DNA of 22,765 nt from a bacterium (GCA_043811375.1 JBDRNJ010000023.1:1-22765), one strand, 5' to 3'. Shown: positions 8,219 to 19,583, numbered from the stretch's first letter. The notes: a model not told the origin generated them from the letters alone. Made by a program: numbers and translations.

Positions 8219-9451
8219 CTATCGGTACGCGATTTTCGCAAATCGGGCGTCATGCCCGCGACGCATGATCTCGCGGGTATCCTTGTCGCAACGAATGCAC
8301 TTATGGTAGATGACATCGCCGATCAGTTCTGCCTTTTCGTCCCGTTCCCGGTCTGACAGGAAATAAGCCTCCATAGTGTCATAGGGGCGCGACTGCCCGT
8401 CGCTTTCGTACTTGATGGTTATATCGCAGCCGCCGTCGAGCACCCGGAAAGCATTTTCGGTCCAGTCAAAGTCGGCCATGCCCAGGTCGGGGTTGATTCT
8501 CAGGTGGGCCGCCAGTGAAATCGGCGGCAGCCCGGAGGCTTCGAGTTCCCTGGAGCACTGCATGAAAGTCTCTGGGCCGGCGGCGTTGCCGATATTGATT
8601 TCATAAAGCGGGGTGGTACCGTCGTCGCGCAGGTACTCCTTGACGATGTTCATCAGCATCCGGAACTGGATGGCATTCTGCGTGGACAGCAGCATGGAAA
8701 TCTTGAAACTGATCTGCGGAATCTGCCGGCCGAAGTAGCAGGCGGCGATAATTGTCGACCAGCTCGGATTGAGAAAGAAGTTGGCCCCGGTTTCGAGTGC
8801 CGTGCGGATGATGCCGTCCAGGTAGACCAGGTGATTATTGTCGCCGACTTCGATACCGCCGAAGTTACCGAAGGCGGTACCCATGTTTTTTAGAATCAAC
8901 TGGCTCAGGCCGTCGCCGAGGTTACGGCGATCAAACTTCTCACCGGTGATTTTCTCGATTTTGGCAAACCGATCTTCCAGCATCGGGATACCGATCAGGT
9001 TGGTGGAGCAGAACTTGCTGGCCCCAAGGATATTTTCCGCCATCGCCAGTGTGGCCTGCAGATCACCACTGTAAACGTAGTGGTCGGTCAACGCTACCAC
9101 AGAAATCATTTCGGTCGGGAAAAGAACGTCCTTGTTTTGCGCAATCCGGCGCATGCAGTCCAGCGTGACGCGGCTGCCCTGGAAACCGGAAACCTGGGTG
9201 GTGCAGACACCCTTTTTCGTTGTCTTGATCCCTTCGGCAGCCACAAAGGCCTCTACTTTGGGGAAGTCTTTTGCGTACTTTTCCGCCTGGTCGAGCATAT
9301 CAGCGTAGCCTTTGTCGGCGGCGATCTTCTTGCGGTTCTGATAGTCTCGCATGGCGGTGATCTTTTCGCCGATCGCTTTGGCGCCGCTGTAGGCGTTGAT
9401 CAGGGCATCGATAGCCCTGGTATCTCGGTCGCTCAGGAGCTTGAAATGCAC
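8219..9451 (-). CDS. Uncharacterised 410-aa soluble protein, probably an enzyme
   Basis: Long ORF with codon style like neighbouring genes. GTG start with SD GGGAGG about 8 nt upstream. No signal peptide or TM segment and no motif I can name. Confidence 0.8.
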   Translation of the reverse strand: MHFKLLSDRDTRAIDALINAYSGAKAIGEKITAMRDYQNRKKIAADKGYADMLDQAEKYAKDFPKVEAFVAAEGIKTTKKGVCTTQVSGFQGSRVTLDCMRRIAQNKDVLFPTEMISVVALTDHYVYSGDLQATLAMAENILGASKFCSTNLIGIPMLEDRFAKIEKITGEKFDRRNLGDGLSQLILKNMGTAFGNFGGIEVGDNNHLVYLDGIIRTALETGANFFLNPSWSTIIAACYFGRQIPQISFKISMLLSTQNAIQFRMLMNIVKEYLRDDGTTPLYEINIGNAAGPETFMQCSRELEASGLPPISLAAHLRINPDLGMADFDWTENAFRVLDGGCDITIKYESDGQSRPYDTMEAYFLSDRERDEKAELIGDVIYHKCIRCDKDTREIMRRGHDARFAKIAYR

Positions 9452-9549
9452 CCTCGTATCCTCCCAGTTATGACAAAAGAAGCATCTTTCGCATTCTCAT
9501 TGCGGTTGCAGATGTTGGTGACCGGTTAAATCTCGGTCATACAGAAGGT

Positions 9550-9578
9550 AAGTTACGGCCGTCGGGGCTGCTTTTCAA
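9550..9578 (-). promoter_or_regulatory. Putative sigma70 promoter for the unknown-cupin(-hom-ALDH) cluster
   Basis: Minus strand TTGAAA (9578-9573), 17 nt, TAACTT (9555-9550), immediately downstream of the ackA terminator. Confidence 0.5.
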
Positions 9579-9606
9579 GCGGTTTTTGGGGGTCGGCAAC
9601 GCGCAT

Positions 9607-9635
9607 AAGAAAGTCGGAACCTCAGGGGTTCCGAC
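9607..9635 (-). terminator. Rho-independent terminator after ackA
   Basis: Minus strand GTCGGAACC-CCTGA-GGTTCCGAC-TTTCTT, a perfect 9-bp stem. Confidence 0.75.
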
Positions 9636-9704
9636 CTTGTCTGCTGGATGATGTGGAGCCAGAGTAGCTTGTGCGGTAGGATAGACAGCCGGTCAGGCCG
9701 GGGT

Positions 9705-10913
9705 CTACTCCACCTGTTGCTCGACGATACGGTGGGTGTCGCGGGCGATAACCAGCTCCTCGTTGGTGGGCACCACCAGCACTCGCACTTTGCTGTCGGC
9801 GGTGGAGATGTCGGATTCGACCGCCAGGGCTTCTCTGTTTTTGCTATCGTTTAAGGCTATGCCCAGGAATTCCAGATTCTCGCAGGTAAGGCGGCGTACT
9901 TCAACCGAATTCTCACCAACCCCGGCAGTGAAAACAAGCACGTCCAGCCCGCCCATCGCAGCGGCGTAAGCACCAATGTACTTTTTCAGCCGGTAGCAAT
10001 AGATATCCAGCGCCAGTTGGGCGTTGTTGTTACCTTCAGCGGCTGTTTCAACAATCTCTCGCACATCGGAAGAAATCCCGGAAATACCCGCCAGGCCGGA
10101 ATGCTTGTTCAGGAGTGTGCTGGCTTCGTGAAGGCTGAGCTCTTCGTGGCCCATAATGTGCAGGATAACGGCCGGGTCCAGGTCACCGGAGCGGGTTCCC
10201 ATCAGTAATCCCTCCAGCGGCGTAAAGCCCATGGAGGTGTCGACCGAATTACCGTTGTCGAAAGCTGTCACCGAGGCTCCATTACCCAGATGGCAGGTTA
10301 TCATTTTGAGTTCGGTGATCGGTTTATCGACCATGGCGGCGGCCCGCTTGCTGACATAGCGGTGTGACATACCGTGGAAACCGTAACGTCGGATGCCATA
10401 TCGCTTGTACAGGACATACGGTATGCCGTAGATATAGGCATACGGCGGCATAGTGTGATGGAGAGAGGTATCAAAAACAGCCACCTGGGGAACATCCGGC
10501 AGTGCTTTCAGGCAGGCATTGATGCCGCGGATGTTGTGCGGGTTGTGCAAAGGAGCCAGTTCTATCAAGTTACGAAGTTCCCTTATTAGTTCCAGGTCGA
10601 TAAGAACCGAATCGGTGAATTTCTCACCGCCGTGAACCACCCGGTGTCCCACTGCCTGAATCTCGGAGCGGTCCTTGATGACCCCATGTTCTTCCGACAG
10701 CAACAACGAAACGATTTGCTCGATGGCCATAATATGGTCGAGGATTTCACGGGACCTTTTGAATTCCGGGCGGTCGTGTGGTTTGTGCGCCAGGACGGAG
10801 GCCGACATGCCGATACGTGACACCGACCCTTTGGCCAGCGCTATCTCATTCTCGGTATCAATAAGCTGGTACTTAACCGAGGATGAACCGCAGTTAATAA
10901 CAAGTATCTTCAT
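9705..10913 (-). CDS. ackA: Acetate kinase
   Basis: MKILVINCGSSSVKYQL, GHRVVHGG, LAPLHNP, AVFDT, RRYGFHGMSH, CHLGNGAS, DTSMGFTPLEG, FTAGVGENS, PTNEEL. Confidence 0.96.
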   Translation of the reverse strand: MKILVINCGSSSVKYQLIDTENEIALAKGSVSRIGMSASVLAHKPHDRPEFKRSREILDHIMAIEQIVSLLLSEEHGVIKDRSEIQAVGHRVVHGGEKFTDSVLIDLELIRELRNLIELAPLHNPHNIRGINACLKALPDVPQVAVFDTSLHHTMPPYAYIYGIPYVLYKRYGIRRYGFHGMSHRYVSKRAAAMVDKPITELKMITCHLGNGASVTAFDNGNSVDTSMGFTPLEGLLMGTRSGDLDPAVILHIMGHEELSLHEASTLLNKHSGLAGISGISSDVREIVETAAEGNNNAQLALDIYCYRLKKYIGAYAAAMGGLDVLVFTAGVGENSVEVRRLTCENLEFLGIALNDSKNREALAVESDISTADSKVRVLVVPTNEELVIARDTHRIVEQQVE

Positions 10914-10915
10914 TA

Positions 10916-11827
10916 TTAAACACCTGCCTTTATCGATGGATTTGTTTCCCCTTTAGTCGAAACCCGGTTGCCCTCCTCGTCATACCGGAAGAATCCCTTA
11001 CCCGTTTTAACACCCAGATTCCCGGCTCTGACCAGTTTGCGCAAGAGTGGGCATGGATTGTATTTGTGCTCGGAGAGTTCCTCAATCAGGTTCTCCATCC
11101 ACGACATAACCACGTCGAGTCCCATCATGTCGGCCAGAGCCAGGGGACCGACATTGAACCCGAAACCGAGTTTCATGGCTTCGTCGATATCATCAGCAGA
11201 GGCGACACCTTCCATCAGAACGTGCATGGCTTCGTTCAGCAGCGGCACGATAATGCGAGTCGTTACATAGCCGGGATACTCAATAACCGTGATCCATTTC
11301 TTACCGAGCAGTTCGGCGAATTCGACCGCTTTGTTGAATGTCTCCTCATCTGTTTTGAGTCCCTTGACTATTTCAACCAGTGGAATCTTGGTCACCGGGT
11401 TGAGGAAGTGCATACCGATAATCTTCCTGGGACGCCCGGTGACGGCGGCGATCTCCGAGACGGAGAGTGTTCCGGTATTGGTGATCATGAGAGTATCGGG
11501 GGTGCAGATGGAGTCCAGTTTCTTAAAGAGGGATCTTTTGTTTTCCAGGTTTTCAGGAATCGCTTCCATCACAATTTCGCAGTCTTCAGCCTGGGAGATG
11601 TCGGAGGAGGGGGAAATTCGCGCCAGTATGGCTTTCTTATCGGCCTGGGTGAGACCCCACTTGTGTATTTCCCGGTCGATTGACTCGGCAACTCCCCGGA
11701 TACCGCGCTCAGCCAGCTTGGTAGTTTTGTCTACCAGAATGACTTCGTTGCCGGAGTTGGAGATAGCCTCCGCCAAACCCTGGCCCATGACTCCGGCACC
11801 AATGATAATGATCTTTGCCGTCGGCAT
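10916..11827 (-). CDS. hbd: 3-hydroxybutyryl-CoA (3-hydroxyacyl-CoA) dehydrogenase
   Basis: GAGVMGQG, EAIPEN, IGMHFLNPV, LVEIVKG, PLLNEA, GPLALADMMGLD, LGVKTGKGFFRY. It ends 2 nt before the ackA start. Confidence 0.9.
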   Translation of the reverse strand: MPTAKIIIIGAGVMGQGLAEAISNSGNEVILVDKTTKLAERGIRGVAESIDREIHKWGLTQADKKAILARISPSSDISQAEDCEIVMEAIPENLENKRSLFKKLDSICTPDTLMITNTGTLSVSEIAAVTGRPRKIIGMHFLNPVTKIPLVEIVKGLKTDEETFNKAVEFAELLGKKWITVIEYPGYVTTRIIVPLLNEAMHVLMEGVASADDIDEAMKLGFGFNVGPLALADMMGLDVVMSWMENLIEELSEHKYNPCPLLRKLVRAGNLGVKTGKGFFRYDEEGNRVSTKGETNPSIKAGV

Positions 11828-12105
11828 ACTCTAATCACCTTTCCTCGAATTATGCGCCTTACCAGCTGTAACTATTATCGGCAAATATAATTTGTCTTTG
11901 CCGGACCGCAATGTATTTTAAATCGGCTGCTTCGATTCCTAAGTATAGCAGAAGCAGTCGGTGGTGGTGGCCTGCCCCGGAGCCCAACAACCGCCGGAGG
12001 TGCAATAGCAGTAAAATCGGGCGATTTGCAGCCACAGGTGTAGAAAACACGGAAGCGATTGTCCGCAAAGAAAAACAACCTGAATTGGAAATAGCGGGAG
12101 AGACC

Positions 12106-12792
12106 ATGTTGAGAATAATCAGACTTACAATGGGGCTGCTGGTGCTGGTTTTTGTAATCGGCCCGCCGGCCGAGGCGCGGATCAAGCGGGTAGCCAAAAG
12201 CTGGAATGTCATCGATCTTCACGGCGGCTATTCGACGCCGATTGGAACTTACCACCGGATCGGAAGTCTCGAGTTCATAGGTACGACAGGTGCAGTGGTG
12301 GCGATCGATGCCGACAAAGTCTACGAGCCAACCTTTCATTTCGGGTTTGACTACGGGAGACTGCACGGCGGACACCTGCTGTACAGTTTCGGATTTCGCT
12401 ATACCAAGGTAGCCACGCTCGACACGTTTGTGGTCGATAATCAGACATCCTGGGTGTTTACTCCGGCTACGCCTTCGTTCAATCAGTATGATGTTGATTT
12501 TAATGTTAATTTTATGGCGACCGATATCTCCCGGGTTCGGTTTGCTCCCTACCTCGGCGTCAGCTTTCATGGCGGTATTACTTCTCAGACAGCACCGGGA
12601 GCAGTGTCGGAAAACTGGCTGACGGTGGCGGCCGGTCTGAATTTTGGGGCCGATCTCAAGATCTGGAATGCGCCTAAAGATCGCGCATTTGTTACACTCT
12701 CAACCGTCAATAATGTGCAGGTGCTGGCATCCAGCCACCGGCCGCGCTATATCAGTCTGGGGGGCGGGCTGAAATACTACTTCCGGCTGTAA
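12106..12792 (+). CDS. Outer-membrane beta-barrel protein (OmpA/OmpW-like)
   Basis: SD GGGAG, then ATG at 12106. Signal peptide MLRIIRLTMGLLVLVFVIGPPAEA. Alternating amphipathic strands, 'PYLGV', C-terminal GGGLKYYF. Confidence 0.75.
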   Translation: MLRIIRLTMGLLVLVFVIGPPAEARIKRVAKSWNVIDLHGGYSTPIGTYHRIGSLEFIGTTGAVVAIDADKVYEPTFHFGFDYGRLHGGHLLYSFGFRYTKVATLDTFVVDNQTSWVFTPATPSFNQYDVDFNVNFMATDISRVRFAPYLGVSFHGGITSQTAPGAVSENWLTVAAGLNFGADLKIWNAPKDRAFVTLSTVNNVQVLASSHRPRYISLGGGLKYYFRL

Positions 12793-12832
12793 ACAGGTGC
12801 TGATAACGATCCCCAACAGAGGAGACACAGCT

Positions 12833-13762
12833 ATCAAGCGGATTCATTTGATGTTCCTTGTGGTGCTGGCGATCCTGCCGGTTGTGTGGCTGGTGGGCAG
12901 TTGCGGCGATGACAACCCGACCGATTCCGGTAAAAGCACGCGGATATTCGCTCTTAACGGTTTGTACTACAAGGGCGTTATGGGGGATACAATCGCTGAC
13001 AGTGTGCTTATGTTCGCGGTGCTGGACAAAGATGACAAGCGTCTGCTCAATCGGCAGATCAAGTTGTACCAGTTGGCTGGAGATGGCGAGATCAGCCATA
13101 GCTCGGTGGTGACCGGCTCGACTGGCTGGGCCGGTTTCTGGTATGCCTTCACCGGCGACTCCGGTCATGCCGCCGTTCGCCTGGTTGTGGAAGGCGTCGA
13201 TTCAATGGTGATTCTATTGCGCGCCGACGTGCTGATTCCCGGTCCGGGCGGGCAGGCCCAATACGTGCTTTTTGATGACACCTACGCCGACGTCAAAAAG
13301 TTCAATGGTCCGGGATCGGTCGATACCTATCCCAACGAATCCATAATCTATGTCGATTATGAAAATTCATTGGGTGTAGTCGTTATGGTTTACGATATCG
13401 ACATGGATCGTACTATTTACGACAGCTCGAGTGTGCTGGGTGTAATAGTAAACACGGTGTATGAAGGGACGACCACTGATAGTGTTCCTATCAGAGTCGG
13501 TTCGCCTATTTCGGATATTAGGACTGTGTTCGGGGAACCGGACATCATTCGTTATGATTCGGCTCCTCCGGGTTCTCCTCCCGGTGACTCTTCCGTGTAT
13601 ATCGAAGATAAGGACCAGGGGCTGACTTACTACTGTGACTTCACAGTCGATACCATAGTCTTTGAGATTCATCTCATAGAATGGGTGCCGCCGGCGGCTG
13701 GGTATGTGGGTGACGATGCAGTAAGTTGTTTGTCTGAGAAATCGCTTCGCCGTCCGCGTTGA
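12833..13762 (+). CDS. Lipoprotein with an Ig-like (Big_1-like) N-terminal region; start codon uncertain
   Basis: Lipobox VGSC followed by GDDNPT. The best SD (AGAGGAG, 12818-12824) points to ATC at 12833. Alternative in-frame starts are GTG 12797, TTG 12848 and ATG 12851. Confidence 0.72.
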   Translation: MKRIHLMFLVVLAILPVVWLVGSCGDDNPTDSGKSTRIFALNGLYYKGVMGDTIADSVLMFAVLDKDDKRLLNRQIKLYQLAGDGEISHSSVVTGSTGWAGFWYAFTGDSGHAAVRLVVEGVDSMVILLRADVLIPGPGGQAQYVLFDDTYADVKKFNGPGSVDTYPNESIIYVDYENSLGVVVMVYDIDMDRTIYDSSSVLGVIVNTVYEGTTTDSVPIRVGSPISDIRTVFGEPDIIRYDSAPPGSPPGDSSVYIEDKDQGLTYYCDFTVDTIVFEIHLIEWVPPAAGYVGDDAVSCLSEKSLRRPR

Positions 13763-13804
13763 GACTGACCGCCGTGATGTTGCTGTGCACACTACAGCCA
13801 CCGC

Positions 13805-15334
13805 TCACACCAACCGCAAGCGGCCCTCATCGAGCGTGTACAATCGGTCGGATACATTCTCCACAAACGAGCGATCATGGCTGACAATCAGGTAGCCGCC
13901 GGGGAACCGGTCCAGCAGTTGCTCGAGTACCTCCACCGACTCGATATCCAGATGTGAAGTCGGTTCGTCCAATAGCAGAAACTCCGCCTGCTGCAGCAGA
14001 CATTTCACAATCGCAGCCCGCACCAGTTCACCACGGGAGAAATTCTCGACAGACTGATGGACCTTGTCACCCCGGAGCAAGGCTCCGCCCAACTGCCACC
14101 GAACCACAGTCTCATCGCAACCGGTATCGGTGAAATTGGCCAGCAACGTCGGCTCCGTAAAGAAACCGGCCAGTCCCTGTGGCAGATACCGTAACCTGAC
14201 CCCCTCATTGATACGGCGCTCTCCCTGTTGAGGCTCCAGTTGCCCCAGTATGATCTTAAACAAGGTCGACTTGCCGGCGCCGTTACCGCCCATCAGGCAC
14301 AACCGGTCACGGGTGGTCGCCACCAGGTCGAGATTACTCATAAGCAGCGGAGTTGATCGTCCGTAATCGAATGAAATGTCCCGCAGGGAGAAAATTTCGC
14401 GATGCCTGACCGGGTAGTCGCGCAGATGGAGTGCCGGCTTTTTCGGCACAAACGGTTTACTCTTTTTGAGCCACTCGATCTCCCGGTCGGCTTTGCGCTG
14501 TGCCGTTTGAGCGCGAGCAGCCATCCTGGCCGCCATTCGAGCTATGTGTGGCTTATCTGCTCCGGCGCCTTTTTTTGACTTTTCCTTCTGAGTCGCCCAG
14601 TTCATCCGGGTCCGCATCTCCTGTTGCAGATGGCTGATTTTATTGCGAATCACGCGGGCCTGCTTGCTTTTTGATGCCAGGTCCGATTTCACCAGTGACC
14701 AGGCCGCGGCAAAACCTCCTTCGGTCTGGTAGTTACCATTGGGAGTCAGATAGACGGTCCGGTCGGCCAGGTTGTTGATCAGGGTGCGGTCGTGCGACAC
14801 CAGGATCGCCCCACTCCCCTTCCGACGCAGCAAATGCAATTGTTCTTCGAAAGCCGTTATTCCCGCTATGTCAAGATAGTTGGTCGGTTCATCCAGCAGC
14901 AGCAAGTCGGCCTCAGACAGCAGAGTCTCGATTATCGCCCGCTTTTGCTGCTCTCCGTCCGAGGAATTATCGGCTCCAGCTATATCCTGATTAAGACCAA
15001 AGGCAATCGCCAGACGTTGAAAGCGGCTGACGTTTTCACGGTCGGTACTGCTGTTGCCGGTCGACTTGATATGTTGCGGCAGATAACCCAGCGCAATCGA
15101 GGTTGCCAGGTGCAACTCGCCCTTGATACGCAATTCGAAGCGCGACAGGAATTCCTGGTCACTGGCGTGCGTATGTGCGATAACGTCCAGCAGCGTCGAC
15201 TTGCCGCAGCCGTTGGCGCCGACCAGGGCTACCACTTCGCCCCTGCTTACGGAGAGTGACAGCTTCTTGATAATTACTTTGTCAAGATAGGCGATCGAAA
15301 GATTCTTAATGTTTACCAGTGGTTGACGAGACAT
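13805..15334 (-). CDS. ABC-F family ATPase, possible antibiotic-resistance (ARE) ribosome-protection protein
   Basis: Two NBDs (GANGCGKST/LLLLDEPTNYLD/SHDR and GGNGAGKST/LLLDEPTSHLD/SHDR), no TM domain, long basic inter-domain linker. ATG at 15334 with SD GGGAG 5 nt upstream. Confidence 0.88.
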   Translation of the reverse strand: MSRQPLVNIKNLSIAYLDKVIIKKLSLSVSRGEVVALVGANGCGKSTLLDVIAHTHASDQEFLSRFELRIKGELHLATSIALGYLPQHIKSTGNSSTDRENVSRFQRLAIAFGLNQDIAGADNSSDGEQQKRAIIETLLSEADLLLLDEPTNYLDIAGITAFEEQLHLLRRKGSGAILVSHDRTLINNLADRTVYLTPNGNYQTEGGFAAAWSLVKSDLASKSKQARVIRNKISHLQQEMRTRMNWATQKEKSKKGAGADKPHIARMAARMAARAQTAQRKADREIEWLKKSKPFVPKKPALHLRDYPVRHREIFSLRDISFDYGRSTPLLMSNLDLVATTRDRLCLMGGNGAGKSTLFKIILGQLEPQQGERRINEGVRLRYLPQGLAGFFTEPTLLANFTDTGCDETVVRWQLGGALLRGDKVHQSVENFSRGELVRAAIVKCLLQQAEFLLLDEPTSHLDIESVEVLEQLLDRFPGGYLIVSHDRSFVENVSDRLYTLDEGRLRLV

Positions 15335-15555
15335 TTCTACTCCCGTTTTTCCCCGGCCGAACGACATTTTATGCCGACGTGCGTCACGGGGGTTCAAAGC
15401 TAAAGCGCTCTTGATCAGCACTATGCTGATCTTTGGATAGGTGCCACTTCGTGGCCGCCGCTTCGCGGTTGCCGCATCACGGCTTTTGGGAGTTTATTTG
15501 TCCACTGGTACTCCTTGTGGTTGGTTTAATATACGGCAATTACGGGAAATGGCAA
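15335..15555 (-). promoter_or_regulatory. Promoter and structured attenuator-like 5' leader of the ABC-F gene
   Basis: TTGCCA (15555-15550), 16 nt, TATATT (15533-15528). Hairpins at 15471-15483, 15458-15468, 15443-15455 and 15413-15431. Anti-SD ACTCCC (15493-15488) is complementary to the ABC-F SD GGGAGT (15344-15339). Confidence 0.6.
15494..15505 (-). CDS. Leader uORF GTG-GAC-AAA-TAA (M-D-K) upstream of the ABC-F gene
   Basis: Strong SD AAGGAG (15516-15511) 5 nt before the GTG; three sense codons, then TAA. Confidence 0.6.
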   Translation of the reverse strand: MDK

Positions 15556-15714
15556 GTGGGAAGAGCAAAAGTGGGAAGGGCACCAAAGTCCCGTTTAGCC
15601 CCCCCCGACTCTTGGTCACCTTTTTTATGTTGAAATTAGGGGATCGACAACGCTAAGCTGGTACAAGGGAGAGCATATTCATTCGTGTTGTTAGTTATGG
15701 GAAAGGAGTATTTG

Positions 15715-16530
15715 GTGAAGAGAGTCTTAGGAAACTCTGTCTTTCCGGCGATTCTATGCTGTTTCATAGCTGGTTTTGCGATAGAAATCCAAGCACAGGA
15801 TGGTCACCTTTCGATAACAGGTCTGCGTGAGCGCACAATGCTATTGGTTCAATGCAACGATTCATTAGGCCGTGCCTGCGGTTACGGATCTGGCTGCCTC
15901 ATGTGGGATTATTCTGAAGATGGATCAGCTGAGGGCCACGCCTACTTACTCACAGCGACTCATGTTTTGAGAGGACCTCATTCCATTGACCTTCTAGTTA
16001 GTGGAGAGCAGGATAGCATCTCGTATTTTACGAAATCTCCCATTCCGCTGTTTGATAGCGTTGGCAGACGACTGGAGTTGACCTATACAAACGAAAGTGG
16101 TCACACATCGGATTTAGCATTGTTGAGGGTCGAAAGTCACAATTTCGCCAGAAAAGGTGTCATCAGAATCGTTGCGAGAAGCCAATGCGCCTTTAGTGAT
16201 TCGGTGTATGTTGGCGACAGACTGATCGCCTTTGGCTTTGCCGATACGAGCATATTCGACTTCGTGGCTTGCGGGAAGCCACTTGCAACCTCTGGTGTTG
16301 TTTCATTTGAAACCAATATGTCATACGTAATGGACAAGATCGCCCACGAAGGCATGAGTGGAGGAATTGTATTCAAAGAATACCCGGGTCTCGGCAAATT
16401 TGGTTACAAAGCTGTTGGAATTGTATCCGCGCCCGTCTCGAGGTATCCAGAGTACACCTGGATAACAAAAATAGACTACATCGATTCAATTTTTATTTCC
16501 TTGACGGATACCAAGTGGGGTTTGGAATAA
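15715..16530 (+). CDS. Secreted trypsin-like (PA clan) serine protease
   Basis: Catalytic triad motifs LLTATHV, SDLALL, GMSGG. SD AAGGAG 6 nt before GTG 15715. Signal-peptide-like N-terminus ending IEIQA. Confidence 0.75.
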   Translation: MKRVLGNSVFPAILCCFIAGFAIEIQAQDGHLSITGLRERTMLLVQCNDSLGRACGYGSGCLMWDYSEDGSAEGHAYLLTATHVLRGPHSIDLLVSGEQDSISYFTKSPIPLFDSVGRRLELTYTNESGHTSDLALLRVESHNFARKGVIRIVARSQCAFSDSVYVGDRLIAFGFADTSIFDFVACGKPLATSGVVSFETNMSYVMDKIAHEGMSGGIVFKEYPGLGKFGYKAVGIVSAPVSRYPEYTWITKIDYIDSIFISLTDTKWGLE

Positions 16531-16546
16531 CCCAGCCCGTACCCTC

Positions 16547-16575
16547 TTGCCAATGCTATTGGTTTTTTGTATTAT
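16547..16575 (+). promoter_or_regulatory. Putative sigma70 promoter of secA
   Basis: TTGCCA (16547-16552), 17 nt, TATTAT (16570-16575). Confidence 0.55.
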
Positions 16576-16610
16576 TTCAGGTTAATATTTATTGGAGACA
16601 TGGCCCTGCG

Positions 16611-19583
<2,973 letters not shown>

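Noticed and set aside
11911..12105. N-terminal extension of the beta-barrel ORF
   Set aside because: The SD and signal peptide begin at ATG 12106; the extension lies in the divergent promoter region.
15335..15421. 29-codon N-terminal extension of the ABC-F ORF
   Set aside because: It overlaps the structured leader; the SD supports ATG 15334.
15640..15712. Possible attC site before the trypsin-like gene (CAAC...GTTATGG then SD)
   Set aside because: The intervening sequence does not form a convincing palindrome.
16515..16610. Longer SecA start at 16515
   Set aside because: It overlaps the upstream gene and the predicted promoter; the typical SecA N-terminus begins at 16611.
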